Shown: positions 48,955-61,256 of the stretch, in pieces | How the letters are laid out: each line of letters begins with the position of its first letter | How positions within the stretch are numbered: position 1 is the first letter of the stretch | Source: Octopus sinensis | Taxonomy: Eukaryota | Reading direction: 5' to 3' | Assembly: GCF_006345805.1 (NCBI RefSeq) | Contig: NC_043012.1 | Span: forward strand, 54,808,001-54,872,000 | DNA: 64,000 nt | Notes under the pieces: model-generated | The model's database searches: none | What the model saw: the letters and a program-made list of their open reading frames with translations, nothing else | Told to the model about the DNA's origin: nothing | Translations under genes and position numbers: made by a program

Positions 48955-49690
48955 AATTTCAAATTTTGGCACAGGGCCAGCAATTTTAGGGGAGGTGAGA
49001 GTAAGTTGATTTCATCAACCTTGTTCTTTAACTGTTATTTATTTTATCGACTTATGAAAGGTAAAGTCAACTTTGGTGGAATTTGAACTCAGAATGTGAA
49101 GACAGACGAAATGCCGCTAAGCATTTTTACCTGGTGTACTAACAAATCTACTACTTCACTGCCTTAATGGTTATTATAATTGGCTCCAAATTTTGGCACA
49201 AAGCCAGCAGGTTTTCAGGTTTTAAATCGACCACAGTGTTCAACTGGAATTTTATTGACCCCAAAGAGATAAAAGGCAAAATTGACTTCAATAGAATTTG
49301 AACTGAGAATCTGAAGACCTGGAATTTTATTGACCCCAAAGAGATAAAAAGCAAAATTGACTTCAATAGAATTTGAACTGAGAATCCAAAGACTGTTGAA
49401 ATGCCGCTAAATGTTTTTGTCCAGTGTGCTAAGGATTCTGCCAGCTTGCTGCCATAATGGTTATTATAATTGGTTCCAAATTTTGGCACAAGGCCGGCAG
49501 GTTTACAGGAGGGCTTAAGTCAATTAAATCGACCCCAGTGTTCAACTGGTTCTTATTTTATTGACCTCCAAAAAGATGAAAGGCAAAGTTGACCTTGACA
49601 AAATTTGAATTCAGGATGTGAAGACCAACAATCTCCGACTAAGCATTTTTGCCTAGCTTGCTACCAATTCTATCAGCTTGCCACCTTATT
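48955..49690 (-). mobile_element. Three head-to-tail SINE-C copies; the middle one has a 75-bp internal duplication
   Basis: Repeated aatggttattataattgg(c/t)tccaaattttggcaca junctions; duplication 49246-49320 / 49321-49395. Confidence 0.8.
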
Positions 49691-49935
49691 GGTATCTACT
49701 ATCAACCAGAAATGAATATCATTTTTTTTTTTTTTTGTTTTTTCTTTTATTTGTTTCAATCATTTGACTGTGGTCATGAAGGGTTTTAGTCAAATTGACC
49801 CCAGAACTTACTTTTTTAAGCCTAGTACTTATTCTATCGGTTTCTTTTGCTGAACTGCTAAGTTACAGGGTTATAAACGCACCAACAAAGTTGATCTCAG
49901 CAGGATTTGAACTCACGATAAAAAGAATGTTCATA

Positions 49936-50342
49936 GGCGCAGGAGTGGCTGTGTGGCAAGTAGCTTACTTACGAACCACATGGTTCTGGGTTCATTCCAC
50001 TGCATGTCACCTTGGGTAAGCATCTTCTTCTATAGCCTCAGGCCGACCAAAGCCTTGTGAGTGGATTTGGTAGATGGAAACTGAAAGAAGCCCGTCGGAT
50101 ACATGAATATATATATGTATGTGTATCTATATGTTTGTGTGTCTGTGTTTGTCACCCCTATCATCGCTTGACAACCAATGCTGGTGTGTTTACGTCCCCG
50201 TAACTTAGCGATCCGGCAAAAGAGACTGATAGAATAAGTACTAGGCTTACAAAGAATAAGTCCTAGGGTCGATTTGTTCGACTAAAGGCGGTGCTCCAGC
50301 ATGGACGCAGTCAAATGACTTAAACAAGTAAAAGAGTAAGTT
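49936..50342 (+). mobile_element. SINE family A
   Basis: Full length. Confidence 0.9.
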
Positions 50343-51128
50343 CCATGAGGCATTTTGCTTGATACTATAATAATTCTGCTAATCTGTGATTCAAGTTGAT
50401 GAGGACAAGAACAACGACTATGATGATGATGATGATGATGGTAGTGGGGATGATGGAGACAAAGTAGTGATGGGGGAGACAAACACAGACACAAAGACAC
50501 ACATAAATATATACATACATATATCATCATCATCATCGTTTAAGGTCCATATTTAAGGGAGCTATTCACGGGGCACTGGTATCAGCCACACACACACACA
50601 CGCATATATGTATATATGCGATGAGCTTCTTTCAGTTTCCATTTACCACTCACAAGACTTTGGTTGGCCCAAGGCTGTAGTTGAAGACATTTGCCCAAGA
50701 TGCCAAACAGTGGGACTGAACCTGGAACCATGTGGTTCGTAAGCAAGCTTCTTACCACACAGCCATGCCTGCACCTTTTTTCTCTTTGCTGCATAATTAT
50801 TTCTAATTAATCTTCTTTGACTTTTCTTTGCATTAAATATGTTAGCGCTAATTTAGCTATTTTAAGAAATTTCTACTGAATTTGAATCAAAAATTAAATT
50901 CTACTCCAAGATATCAGAACTCCATCCTTAGAACATAGAAGAATTTTGAGGTGAAATCTCTTAGGTTTTTGGTGAAAGATTAATTCTAATTCACCAGTCT
51001 GTTGCAGTCACTTTGAAGGTGTTGATTAATGGTTGGAAAATTAATGGCTGAGAAATTATATTCCTTGATTGAAGAGTCCATCGTCTTTTATAATATTAAG
51101 ACATCTTCAATATGTCCTGTTTTCACAG

Positions 51129-51137
51129 TATATCAAG
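51129..51137 (+). other. Candidate 9-nt microexon (TATATCAAG)
   Basis: atgtcctgttttcacAG|TATATCAAG|GTATGA. Confidence 0.3.
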
Positions 51138-51439
51138 GTATGACTACTACTACTACTACTACTACTACTACTGCTGCTGCTGTTGCTGTTGCCGCCACCA
51201 CCACCACCTCTGCTATCACCACCACTTCATTAACATTATTCAATAGTATTTTCACCATTACCATGATATTCATTTTCTGCTCCATCCGTTCTTCCTCATC
51301 ATACCATGGATGTTATCACCCTCTACCACCAGCATCATCATCATTATTCCCCTCACTTCCACTACCACCATCATCATCAGTACCAGCATTATCTGAGCTT
51401 GGTCCGCTGCCAGAGCAGCTGACTGCCTTCCGTGCTAAG

Positions 51440-51800
51440 CACCATTCAAATGTGATTGTTAGTAGTGTCACCTTACTGGCACGTCTGCCAGTGGCACGTG
51501 AAAACATTTGAGCAAGGTTGTTGCCAGTGCCGCTGGACTGGCTCCTGTGCAGGTGGCATGTAAAAAACGCCACTTGAGTGTGGCTGTTGCCAGTACTGCC
51601 TGACAGGCCCTCGCACGTAAAAGCACCCACTACACTCTTGGAGTGGTTGGTGTTAGGAAGGGCATCGAGCTGTAGAAACTCTGCCAGATCAGATTGGAAC
51701 CTGGTGCAGCCATCTGGTTCGTCAGTCTTCAGTCAAATCGTCCAACCCATGCTAGCATAGAAAGCGAACGTTAAATGATGATGATGATGATGATGATGCT
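51440..51800 (+). mobile_element. RTE 3'UTR/tail fragment
   Basis: gtggcacgtgaaaacatttgagc...acgttaaat(gat)n. Confidence 0.85.
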
Positions 51801-52751
51801 CTCAACATCCACTGTCATCACCATCACTATCATTTTAGACCTAGTTATCATCCCTACTACCATCATCATCATCATTATCATAGTCGTTGTTCTTGTCCTC
51901 ATCATCCACTTAAATGGCAGATTAGCAGAATCATTATAGCATCAGGCAAAATGCCTCATAGCACTTAGTTAACATTCTTTTTATTGTGAGTTCAAATCCT
52001 GCTGAGATCAATTTTCCCTCCTGTCGTTTTGGGGTTGGTAAAATAAAGGCTTAAGGGTTAAAGACCCCCTTTGGTCATGAATGACCATGGGATTGCACCT
52101 AGAAAGCTCCCCAGCTATGGCACAATCTGGGCAAAGTTGTTTTATGGGCAACTAGCAGTCATCCATGCATACTAGCCTCCCCTCTCCACACCACCAGTGT
52201 TACCCAAGGAGACCCTCTTTGGTCATGAACAACCATGGGATTGATCCTAGAAAGTTCCCCTCTGTGGCACATGTCCGGGAAAGGTTGTTTATGGAAGACC
52301 AACAGTCGCTCATGCATACTGGCCTCCTCTCTATACACCTCTGACGTTATCCAAAGGAAAGGCAAAGGCTGATACAGCTTGGCACCAGTGATGCCACAGC
52401 TCATTTCTACAGTTGAGTGAACTGGAGCAACGTGAAATAAAGTGTCTTGCTCAAGAACATAACACACACCCGGATCCAAGAATTGAACTCACTACCTCAT
52501 GATTGTGAGTCTGACATTCCAACCACTGAGCCATACTTGGTAAAATAAAGAACCAGCTAAGTACTAGAGGTAAATTTCTCCTTCCCAAAAATTCTGTTAT
52601 AGCCGTGTGTGTTGATTTACCAGAAAGCAACTGAAAAGAAGCCTTTGTGTGCGTTCCTCTGGAGGATTGAGTGAAAGCACCAGACCTGTTATAAAATGCT
52701 GTCTGAGTTAGCTCCATCGCACGAAACTTAGTAGCTCATAAAAATACATTA

Positions 52752-53145
52752 CTCTTTTTATTCTTTTACTTGTTTCAGTCATTTGACTGTAGCCATGCTG
52801 GAGCACCGCCTCGAAGTGTTTTTGTTGAACAATTCAATTGCAGGACTTGTTTTTAAGCCTAGTACTTACTTATTCTACTGGTCTCTTTGCTGAACCGCTT
52901 AAGTTATGGGGATGTAGACACACCAACACTGGTCGTCAAGTGATTATGCGAGGGCAGACACAAAGACATACGCGCACACACACACATGACGGACTTCTTT
53001 CAGCTTCCATCTACTAAATCCACTCTCAAGGCTTTGGTCGGCCCAAAGCTGTTGTAAAAGACACTTGATCAAGTTGCCACACTGTGGAACTGAACTTGGA
53101 ACCATGTGGTTGGGAAGCAAGCTTCTTACCACATAGCCATGCCTA
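52752..53145 (-). mobile_element. SINE family A
   Basis: Tail and head present. Confidence 0.85.
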
Positions 53146-53330
53146 AACAATATTTTTCTCTCACCAGATAGTTTTTTTTTTTATCTTACCATTACAGAAC
53201 AGTATATATATATATATCAAAGTATATATATATATATATATATATATACTTTGATACTTTGATAGGTTTCGACCATTATTGGCCCAGGCCATGTCTAACT
53301 TAATAGCACCACCTGGTGAAGTCTTTCAAA

Positions 53331-54692
53331 TCAGAATTTGGGCACTATGGCCCACTCAAGTAGAGAGTTATTGTTTACAGAGACATAACCGGGTGTAGGG
53401 GGTTTATCCGGGATTTCTTGAAGGAATCTGTCCAAAGACTTCTTGAACCCTGTAGGGTCTGTTTCTGTTTTAATGTGTTTTGGTGTAATGTTAAAGAGAG
53501 CGGGGCCAATTGAGGTGAAATAATTGTGCCGTATTGTTGTTATGAGATGAGAGTGCGATTTTTGTTGTGGACGGATGGCACAGGGCCCAAGCCTTGGATG
53601 TACCTTAAAGGTGATGCCAACATCATTTGGGCAATACTGATGGAATATTTTCCACATCATGATGTAGCGCTCACGGTGACGTTGGAGAGAATAAAGTTTT
53701 AGCTTTTCTAGTCGACCGCAATAGTCAAGGCCTGTCATGCCATCTATCTTTTTTGTGATTGCCCTTTGAGGTGCTTCAACTTTTATGATACTTTGTTTTG
53801 TGTGGGGAGACCACAGTGGACAACAGTATTCAAGGTGGGGTCGGGCAAAAGTGGAGAAGAGAAGGATAATGGTGTGGATATCTCTCGACTGGAAAGTTCT
53901 GAGAATCCAGGAATACATTCTGCGGGCCATGTCAACTTTGGTGTTTATATGAGTGGCCCAGCTTATGTTGTTGTCCACAATTACTCCCAAGTCTCTGATG
54001 TTGTTGGATGCCATGAGAGTTTCACCTGAAGGAAGGGAGTATGGGAGTTTCAGGGCATCCTCTTTTCCAAAGTGGATTAACTCGAATTTATCCTCGTTCA
54101 GCAGCATATTGTTCTTTTCTGCCCATTGGATAACAGCCAGTAGATCTGACTGAAGGCATGTCCGGTCACTCGCCTCATTTATGACCTTCTGGAGCTTGGA
54201 ATCATCTGCAAAGATTTTTATGTTGCTGTGCTTGATGATGTCATTAATGTCATTAATGTAGATGATGAAAAGAAGTGGGCCCAGCACAGTGCCTTGCGGA
54301 ACGCCACTACTGACTTTAGCTGGGCTTGATTTTACTCCTTCAACTACAACATGTTGAGATCTGTCTGTCAGGAAACACTTGATCCATTTCAGTAACTTTC
54401 CAGAGACACCAATGTTGGATAGTTTTTTCAATAGGATCTTGTGATCAACCCTGTCTAAGGCCTTGCTGAAATCAAGGTAGATGACATCGGTGTTGGAGCT
54501 CCCTCCCAAAGCTCTCAAAATGTCATCAAAGTGATGCAGGAGCTGCGTTAGGCAGTCCCTTCCATTACGGAACTCATGTTGGTTAGAGATCAGCCGTCTG
54601 TTGCTTTCCAGAAATTGGGTTATTCGAGATCTCACCACCCTCTCAAATACCTTGATGATATGAGAGGTGAGTGAGATCGGACGGTAGTTCAC
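53331..54692 (-). pseudogene. CR1 ORF2 reverse transcriptase domain and C-terminus
   Basis: NYRPISLTSHIIKVFE, IYLDFSKALDRVDH, SGVPQGTVLGPLLFIIYINDI, IFADD, DLGV motifs. Confidence 0.95.
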
Positions 54693-55183
54693 TGCAAGGG
54701 ACTTGTTTCCTTTTTTGAAAACTGGGATAGAAAGTTTTTAGGAATATAGCCAGCATCTAGTGAGTTTCTCCACAGATTAGCAAGGGGAGATGCAAGTTGG
54801 TGTCGACACACCTTCAGGACACAAGCAGGGAACCTATCGGGGCCTACTGCTGAATTGTGTTTTATTTCGTTTATCGATGCTAAGACATCAGGGGCACCAA
54901 ACGTTATGTCCGATATAGTGTGTTGGGGGTTGACATCACTGATACAGCCCAGATCGGCCATATCAGGATTGCTGAAAACAGAGCAGTATTGTTTCTGCAG
55001 TATCTCGGCCATGGATTTGGCATTATCTTGGAGAGTGCCATTTTCATCAATTAGAGGGCCAACAGTGGAGACAGTGACCCTGTGTTTCCTCGCAAATGAA
55101 AAGAACACTTTAGGGTTGAGTTTGATTTTTTCAATGGCCCACTTCTCCTCAACTGATCTTTGGTTATTGATTAGGGTCTTCAT
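54689..55183 (-). pseudogene. CR1 ORF2 EN-RT linker (frameshifted segment)
   Basis: IKLNPKVFFSFARK...VGPL...AEILQKQYCSVFS...SAVGPDRFPACVLK. Confidence 0.9.
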
Positions 55184-55199
55184 TGCTGTTGGCAGTATT

Positions 55200-56200
55200 T
55201 TAGTTTGTTCTTTTTATTTTTCTGATAATAGTTTTTCTGTTTTGGGGGATTCTGCACTTTTTGTTCACAGGTCTTGGTGGGGAGTGTTTTGCACATATGA
55301 TTGTGATGGTGTCTACAAAGATCTGCCAAGATGTTTTATTGTTGGTGGAGATCTGTGTATGTGTAAAGAACCAGTCAACATGTGATAGCTCGTTCTTGAT
55401 TGCAACCCAGTTGGCATTATGGAGATCCATGTTATCAAATGGGTGGGCTGGAGGGAGGTCACTAGGATTAGCTTTCGGCTGGTGGAATTTCATGTTACAG
55501 AGAACCATGTCATGGTCTGAAAGAAGGGTTTTTTCTACTGTAATGTTATGTATAGTGTTAGTGTGGTTACTAAACACTAGGTCCAAAATGTTCTTCTGAT
55601 GTCTTGTTGGTGCAAGGACAAGTTGGGACAAGAAAAACTCATTCATAAAGTCGAAAAGTGACTCTACTGCTTCTTTGTCAGCGGTTGAGGCAGGAGTGCT
55701 TGGTTTCAAACAGTTTGTAGTCCAGTCAACACAGGGTAGATTGAAGTCTCCCATCATGAGTAGGTTGCTAGAATGGCACTGTTGAATAAAGCACTTAATG
55801 CTGTTGAGGCATTCTTTAAAGCGCAGTATGGGTGTTTGGGGTGGCCTATAGAGCCCAACTACTGTCAGGTCATTGGCTTTGTTGTGCACGGTGACTGATT
55901 CACAGTAGCCGTTGGAAAATATGCTATTTCCATCTGCCGTAAACGAATCATGCAGGAAAATGGCAGTTCCACCCTTCCTCCTGCCGATACGATCCGCGCG
56001 GATGGTTGTGAAATTCTTCACTCTCACTTCGGCTTCCAAGTGGGAGTTGTCAAGGTGGGTCTCAGTGAGAATGAAGAAAGGGATGTGGTGTGAATGGTTA
56101 CCAACCCAGTCTTCAATGAATTGGACCTTCCATTTTTGTGCATTGATGGAAGGGCTGACACCTTGTGCATTGAGTAGAAATGTGGAGGTTAGTGTAGTGG
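55200..56200 (-). pseudogene. CR1 ORF2 apurinic-like endonuclease domain
   Basis: FLLNAQG, ILTETHL, RADR..RKGGTAIF, GLYRPP, MGDFNLP, NILDLVFSN, LSDHDMV. Confidence 0.93.
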
Positions 56201-56242
56201 CTGGTTTTGACTGTTGCAGGGGGCTTGGATTTTTTTTGTGTG

Positions 56243-57346
56243 TTAGTGACAGCAATGTGGGGAATTGGTGCACTGGGATAATAGCATAGGATGGTGTTGA
56301 GTGATGGCTAGAATGTTTTTGTGTATCTCTTTTGCCATGTTCAACATGGCTAAAAAAGAATTTTCCTGCTTGGGGAGCAGTTTTTGGCTGGAGGTGTGGT
56401 TGCACTGTTGGATAGGGTTGTAGTTTCCGCTTTTGTTGTTGTTGTTTTTGTGTCTTCGTGAAAAGACTGGACCAGCATTACTGCAGCATGGTGTGTTTTT
56501 ATTTTTATTTTTACTCTGGTTTGTGTGTTGGCTTGAAGCCCCGTTTCTGTTTGTGCGTCGGGTCCCTGGAAGATGAGTGAAGGGACAGTCACTCAGCAGA
56601 CATATTCTCTCACGTTGGGAATACCGGCAGATTTTGGGACTCTGAGTTGTGTGTTTTGACTTTCGATTTACTATTTGGTGGTGTTGATGTTATTGTGGGA
56701 TGCGTGCTTTGGCCTTGGCCGGTAGTGCGTCTAGTGCCAGGTAGATGTGTGAAGATGCAGTCACTACTTGTGCAGAGCCTCTGACGCAGTGAATAACGGC
56801 ATATTTTGGGGCGGGTGCATTCTGCTTCATATGTTTTTTTTAGGTTTTTGTTACTGCAGTAGTATTGAGGTGGCGATGTGGGGGAAGAGAGCAGTGGTTT
56901 CTTATTTGGTTTTTTATTAGTAGCATTTTTGGTGATAGAAGACGATGGTGGCAGTGATGGTGATGATGATGATGATGATAATTGTGGTGGTTGCTGTGAG
57001 AGCGGTTGTTAGGGTCAGCTATTATGCTGGGACCTAGGAGTGGCTCATTCTGTTGTTGTTGTTGTTGATTTTCTAGCTGTTGCTGTTCTTGAATAGTGAA
57101 AATATAAAGAAGTTTTTCAAAATGGCCTTTAGTTAGTTTGAAAGAGTCTTCGATATGCTTCAGTTTGCTACGAATCTGTTTAACGGATCGTGTGTTGATT
57201 ATTTGCGATGTTTTTTCGGCAATCTCATTCAAACACAAAGCATTTAAATTTTCTGTTTGGGAAAGAGAGAACCAAGAGTTAATTAAGACATCAATTTCAT
57301 TATCAGACCAATTTCGTCTGTTGCAGGCCTGCAGGTTAGTCGTCAT
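56243..57346 (-). pseudogene. CR1 ORF1: Myb/SANT(trihelix)-like domain, Q/S-rich linker, two CCCH zinc fingers; two frameshifts
   Basis: RNWSDNEIDVLINSW...EIAEK...RSVKQIRSKLKHIEDSF; PKICRYSLRQRLCTSSDCIFTHLPGTRRT (56724-56810) and PKICRYSQRERICLLSDCPFTHLPGTRRT (56552-56638). Confidence 0.8.
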
Positions 57347-57453
57347 GTTTGTTTTTCTTTTGATCTTTGATATATATATACTTTCTTGTGAGTTAAAGGA
57401 GTCATCCTATATGGATCCTTTCTGCTTCTTTAATCAATTATATAAAATACAAA

Positions 57454-57849
57454 CTCTCTTTTACTTGTTTCAGTCATTTGACTGCGGCCATGCTGGAGCA
57501 CAGCCTTTAGTTGAGCAAATTGACTCCGGGACTTATTCTTTGTAAGCCTAATACTTATTCTATCGGTTCTTTTTTGCCGAACTGCTAAGTGACGGGGACA
57601 TAAACACACCAGCATCGGTTGTCAAGCAATGCTAGGGGCACAAACACGGACACACAAACATATACGCACACATATATACATATATACGACGAGTTTCTTT
57701 CAGTTTCCGTCTACCAAATCCACTCACAAGGCTTTGGTCGGCCCGAGGTTATAGTAGAAGACACTTGCCCAAGGTGCCATGCAGTGGGACTGAACCCGGA
57801 ACCATGTGGTTGGTAAACAAGCTACTTACCACACAGCCACTCCTGCGCC
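57454..57849 (-). mobile_element. SINE family A
   Basis: Full length, near consensus. Confidence 0.9.
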
Positions 57850-58529
57850 TATAGAATGGAGAATGGGGAATTATACATTTTTAATTCGTATTTTACAATT
57901 TACAATTTGCTTAGGTGTGTTTCAGATAATTCCGTGTTGCATTAGTTCTGCACATTCATCCGTCCACATTTAATTCATAGCAGCATTACATAGATTTAGG
58001 GGGAAAAAAGTACTCAGTATATCTTTCTCAAAGCAATCACACTGCTAGGAAAAGAGAACAGAAGCCAACATGTCACAGTAGTAAACTATCTCAAAATTGA
58101 CCAGCAGTAACCTGCCTGGAGAGTGAGGGAAAGTACCTCTACTTAGGAAAAATAAAGTAGTAGTATTGAAATCTGATATGGTAGGAATTCCTATTGTAGT
58201 TAAACTTTTACTGACCTCCATAAAGAAGATAAAGTGCTTGTGTTTTTAGGCTGTATCAAAAGTACATTATTATTGAGGTCACTCATATTATTGACCACTA
58301 ATGGCTAAAGAAACAGGCTGCTGTATGGAAGACAGGCTGTTTAGTTAAAGTTTCTATGAGAAAGATAGACTGTAATTTTTTTCCTAACTGTAAGATACTG
58401 TAATCTGTTCAGAAAAAAAAAATATACTTCAAATCTGAGCTAAGATGATAATAAGAGAATTTCAGTACCTGTAACGAAACATAAAGAAAGAAGCAACTGG
58501 AAATTAAACGAGTAAAAAAAATATTTATA

Positions 58530-58915
58530 GGCGTAGGAGTGGCTGTGTGGTAAGTAGCTTGCTTATGAACCACATGGTTCCGGGTTCAGTCCCGCTGTGT
58601 GGCACCTATAGCAACTATAGCCTCGGACCGACCAAAGCCTTGTGAGTGGATTTGGTAGACGGAAACTGAAAGAAGCCTGTCGTATATATGTATATGTATA
58701 TATATGTGTGTGTGTGTTTGTATGTCTGTATTTGTCCCCCGCCCAACATCGCTTGACAACTGATGTTGGTGTGTTTACATCCCTGTAACTTAGCGGTTCG
58801 GCAAAAGAGACCAATAGAATAAGTACTAGGCTTACAAAAAGTAAGTCGATTTGCTTGACTAAAGGCGGTGCTCCAGCATGGCCACAGTCACATGACTGAA
58901 ACAAGTAAAAGAGTA
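58530..58915 (+). mobile_element. SINE family A
   Basis: Full length. Confidence 0.9.
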
Positions 58916-59169
58916 TATATGAAAAATACATTAATAAATAGAGGGTACATTAATAAAAAAATAAATTAATGGGTGAGAATTAAAAACTTAGAGAATTAAA
59001 ATGCTAAAGAATTACTAAAACAAGTTAAACAACTGATTTCATTGTCTTGTGTGTGTGTTTGTGTGTATGAGCCCCGTTGTCTTACCTGACATTGTTTTAT
59101 AATTGTAAAGGTGTGTCATTGTCATACAAGTGGTATAATTCGTTTTCAACCTTCCATGAAAAACATGTT

Positions 59170-59572
59170 TACTCTTTTACTTGTTTCAGTCATTTGACTG
59201 CGGCCATGCTGGAGCACCGCCTTTAGTTGAGCAAATTGACCCCAGGACTTATTCTTTGTAAGCCCAGTACTTATTCTATCGGTCTCTTTTGCCGAACCGC
59301 TAAGTGACGGGGACGTAAACACACCAGCATCGGTTGTCAAGCAATGCTAGGGGGACAAACACAGACACACAAACATGCACACACACACTTATATATATAT
59401 ACATATATACGACAGGCTTCTTTCAGTTTCCGTCTACCAAATCCACTCACAAGGCATTGGTCGGCCCGGGGCTATAGCAGAAAACACTTGCCCAAGATGC
59501 CACGCAGTGGGACTGAACCCGGAACCATGTGGTTGGTTAGCAAGCTACTTACCACACAGCCACTCCTGCGCC
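59170..59572 (-). mobile_element. SINE family A
   Basis: Full length, near consensus. Confidence 0.9.
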
Positions 59573-60816
59573 ATGTTTAATCATGGGGGGGAATATATGT
59601 AAGACTTGTTGGTGGTTTGAGGAGTTCAGAGACGGAAATAGAGCAGGAAAATGTATTTGGGGGAATGAAAGAGATAGACTTTGAGCCAGTGTAATTACAA
59701 GTCATTGTGTTGAAATCCAGGTGAGAGAAGTGATGGGCAGAGAGGGTGAAGTCTTATGTATGCACTGACACCATCTTTTGGAGAGAAATTTGAATAGAGA
59801 GTGTATTTTGGATGCTGGAAATGGTTTCTTCTTTTATTCTTTTACTCATTTGAATGTGGCCATGGTGGAGCACCGTCTTAAAGGGTTTTAGTTGAAGAAA
59901 TCAACCCCAGTACTTATTCTTTGTAAGCCTAGTACTTATTCAATCGATCTCTTCTGCTGAAACACATGAACATTGGTTGTCAACCGATAAGTAGCCCCAC
60001 GCTTTTAACCACTACGCCATATGCTCACGGGCATATGGCATAATGGATAAGAGTGCGGGCTACTAACTCCAAGATTCCGAGTTCGATCCCAAGCAGTGAC
60101 CTGAACACTAATAATAATAATAATAATAATAATGATAATAATCCTTTCTAACGGAGACACAAAGCCTGAAATTTAGGAGGAAGAAGACTTGTCGAATATA
60201 TCGACCCCAGTGTTTCACTGGTTCTTAATTTATCAACACCAAAAGAATGAAAAGCAAAGTCAACCTCGGCAGAATTTGAACTCAGAATGTTGCAGCAGAC
60301 CAAATATTGCTAAGCATTTTGCCTGGCGTGCTAACAATTCTGCCAGCTCACCACCTTCACTTGGTGATGATGATGATGATAATAATAATAATAATATGTA
60401 TGTATGTGTATGTATGTATATACATATATATATTCGGAGACCCCCTTCGGTCACGACACAGACCATGGGATTGCACCTAGAAAGTTACCCTCCTAGACAC
60501 AAGTCCGGGCGAGGTTGTTTATGGAAGACCAGTGTTATCCAAGGGAAAGACAAAGGTCGATACAGCTTGGCACCAGTGACGTCGCAACTCATTTCTACAG
60601 CTGAGTGAACTGGAGCAACGTGAAATAAAGTGCCTTGCTCAAGAACACAACACGCAGCCCGGTCCGGGATTCGAGCTCACAACCTCACGATCGTAAGCTC
60701 GACGCTCTAACCACTGAGCCATGCGCCTTCACATGCATATATATATATATATATATGCATGTGCACATGTGTGTACGCACACATACACACATAAATGACT
60801 CATACTGCAGTATGAT

Positions 60817-61256
60817 GTAGGGTTCTTAACCAAGCTACATTCAAGATATTGCTAGATTTTTTTGTATTGTTTGTAATGTCTGTTATCAATTGTCACTTTG
60901 GTTTTTATCTCACTGACCCCTTAGACCGGGGTCTATATGACACTTAGGGTTCCATATAAGATTTTTGTGGGTCCAAGCAAGCAAAATAGTAAACTGAAAA
61001 TCTGCAATATTATTTTAAGGGTTCCCTGAAAGAATTTTGCTTTAGATGTATTTGTTGCAAGAAATAGGTTTATTTTTGTTCTGTTTTACATAGTTCAACC
61101 TACACAAGTTAATGTGTGAAAAGCAAAATGGGAATTTTGAAAGAAGATATCTATAAATCTTGTTTGTAAACATCAAATGGCTATCGGGTCTACAAAAATA
61201 AAATAGTATTCAAAGAGGGGTTCATAGATGAAAAAAAAAATGGTTAAGAACCTTTG
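60817..61256. mobile_element. hAT (Charlie-like) MITE
   Basis: TIRs agggttcttaacca / tggttaagaacctttg; TSD not recognisable. Confidence 0.65.

Larger units (their letters stand above)
53249..57372 (-). mobile_element. Near full-length CR1-clade non-LTR retrotransposon (about 4.1 kb)
   Basis: ORF1 followed by ORF2 (APE endonuclease, RT, CR1-type C-terminus YCCPLWSPH...YSLQRHRERY), about 80-bp 3'UTR and a (TATCAAAG)2 tail. Confidence 0.93.

Noticed and set aside
51029-51511. 160-aa ORF with poly-T/poly-A runs
   Set aside because: Built on (ACT)n/(GCT)n/(CAT)n triplet repeats and runs into an RTE tail.
53766-56289. Plus-strand ORFs 53766, 54855, 55261 and 55912
   Set aside because: Antisense shadows of the CR1 ORF2.
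56201-56405. N-terminal 65 aa (MQPHLQ...) of ORF 55200-56405 as part of the endonuclease
   Set aside because: It overlaps the ORF1 C-terminus in another frame; EN motifs begin only near 56200.
58461-58500. AG|GT recursive splice sites (also 21255 minus and 29388 plus)
   Set aside because: Good acceptors but weak regenerated donors (GTACTG, GTAATC, GTTTCT); expected by chance in AT-rich DNA.
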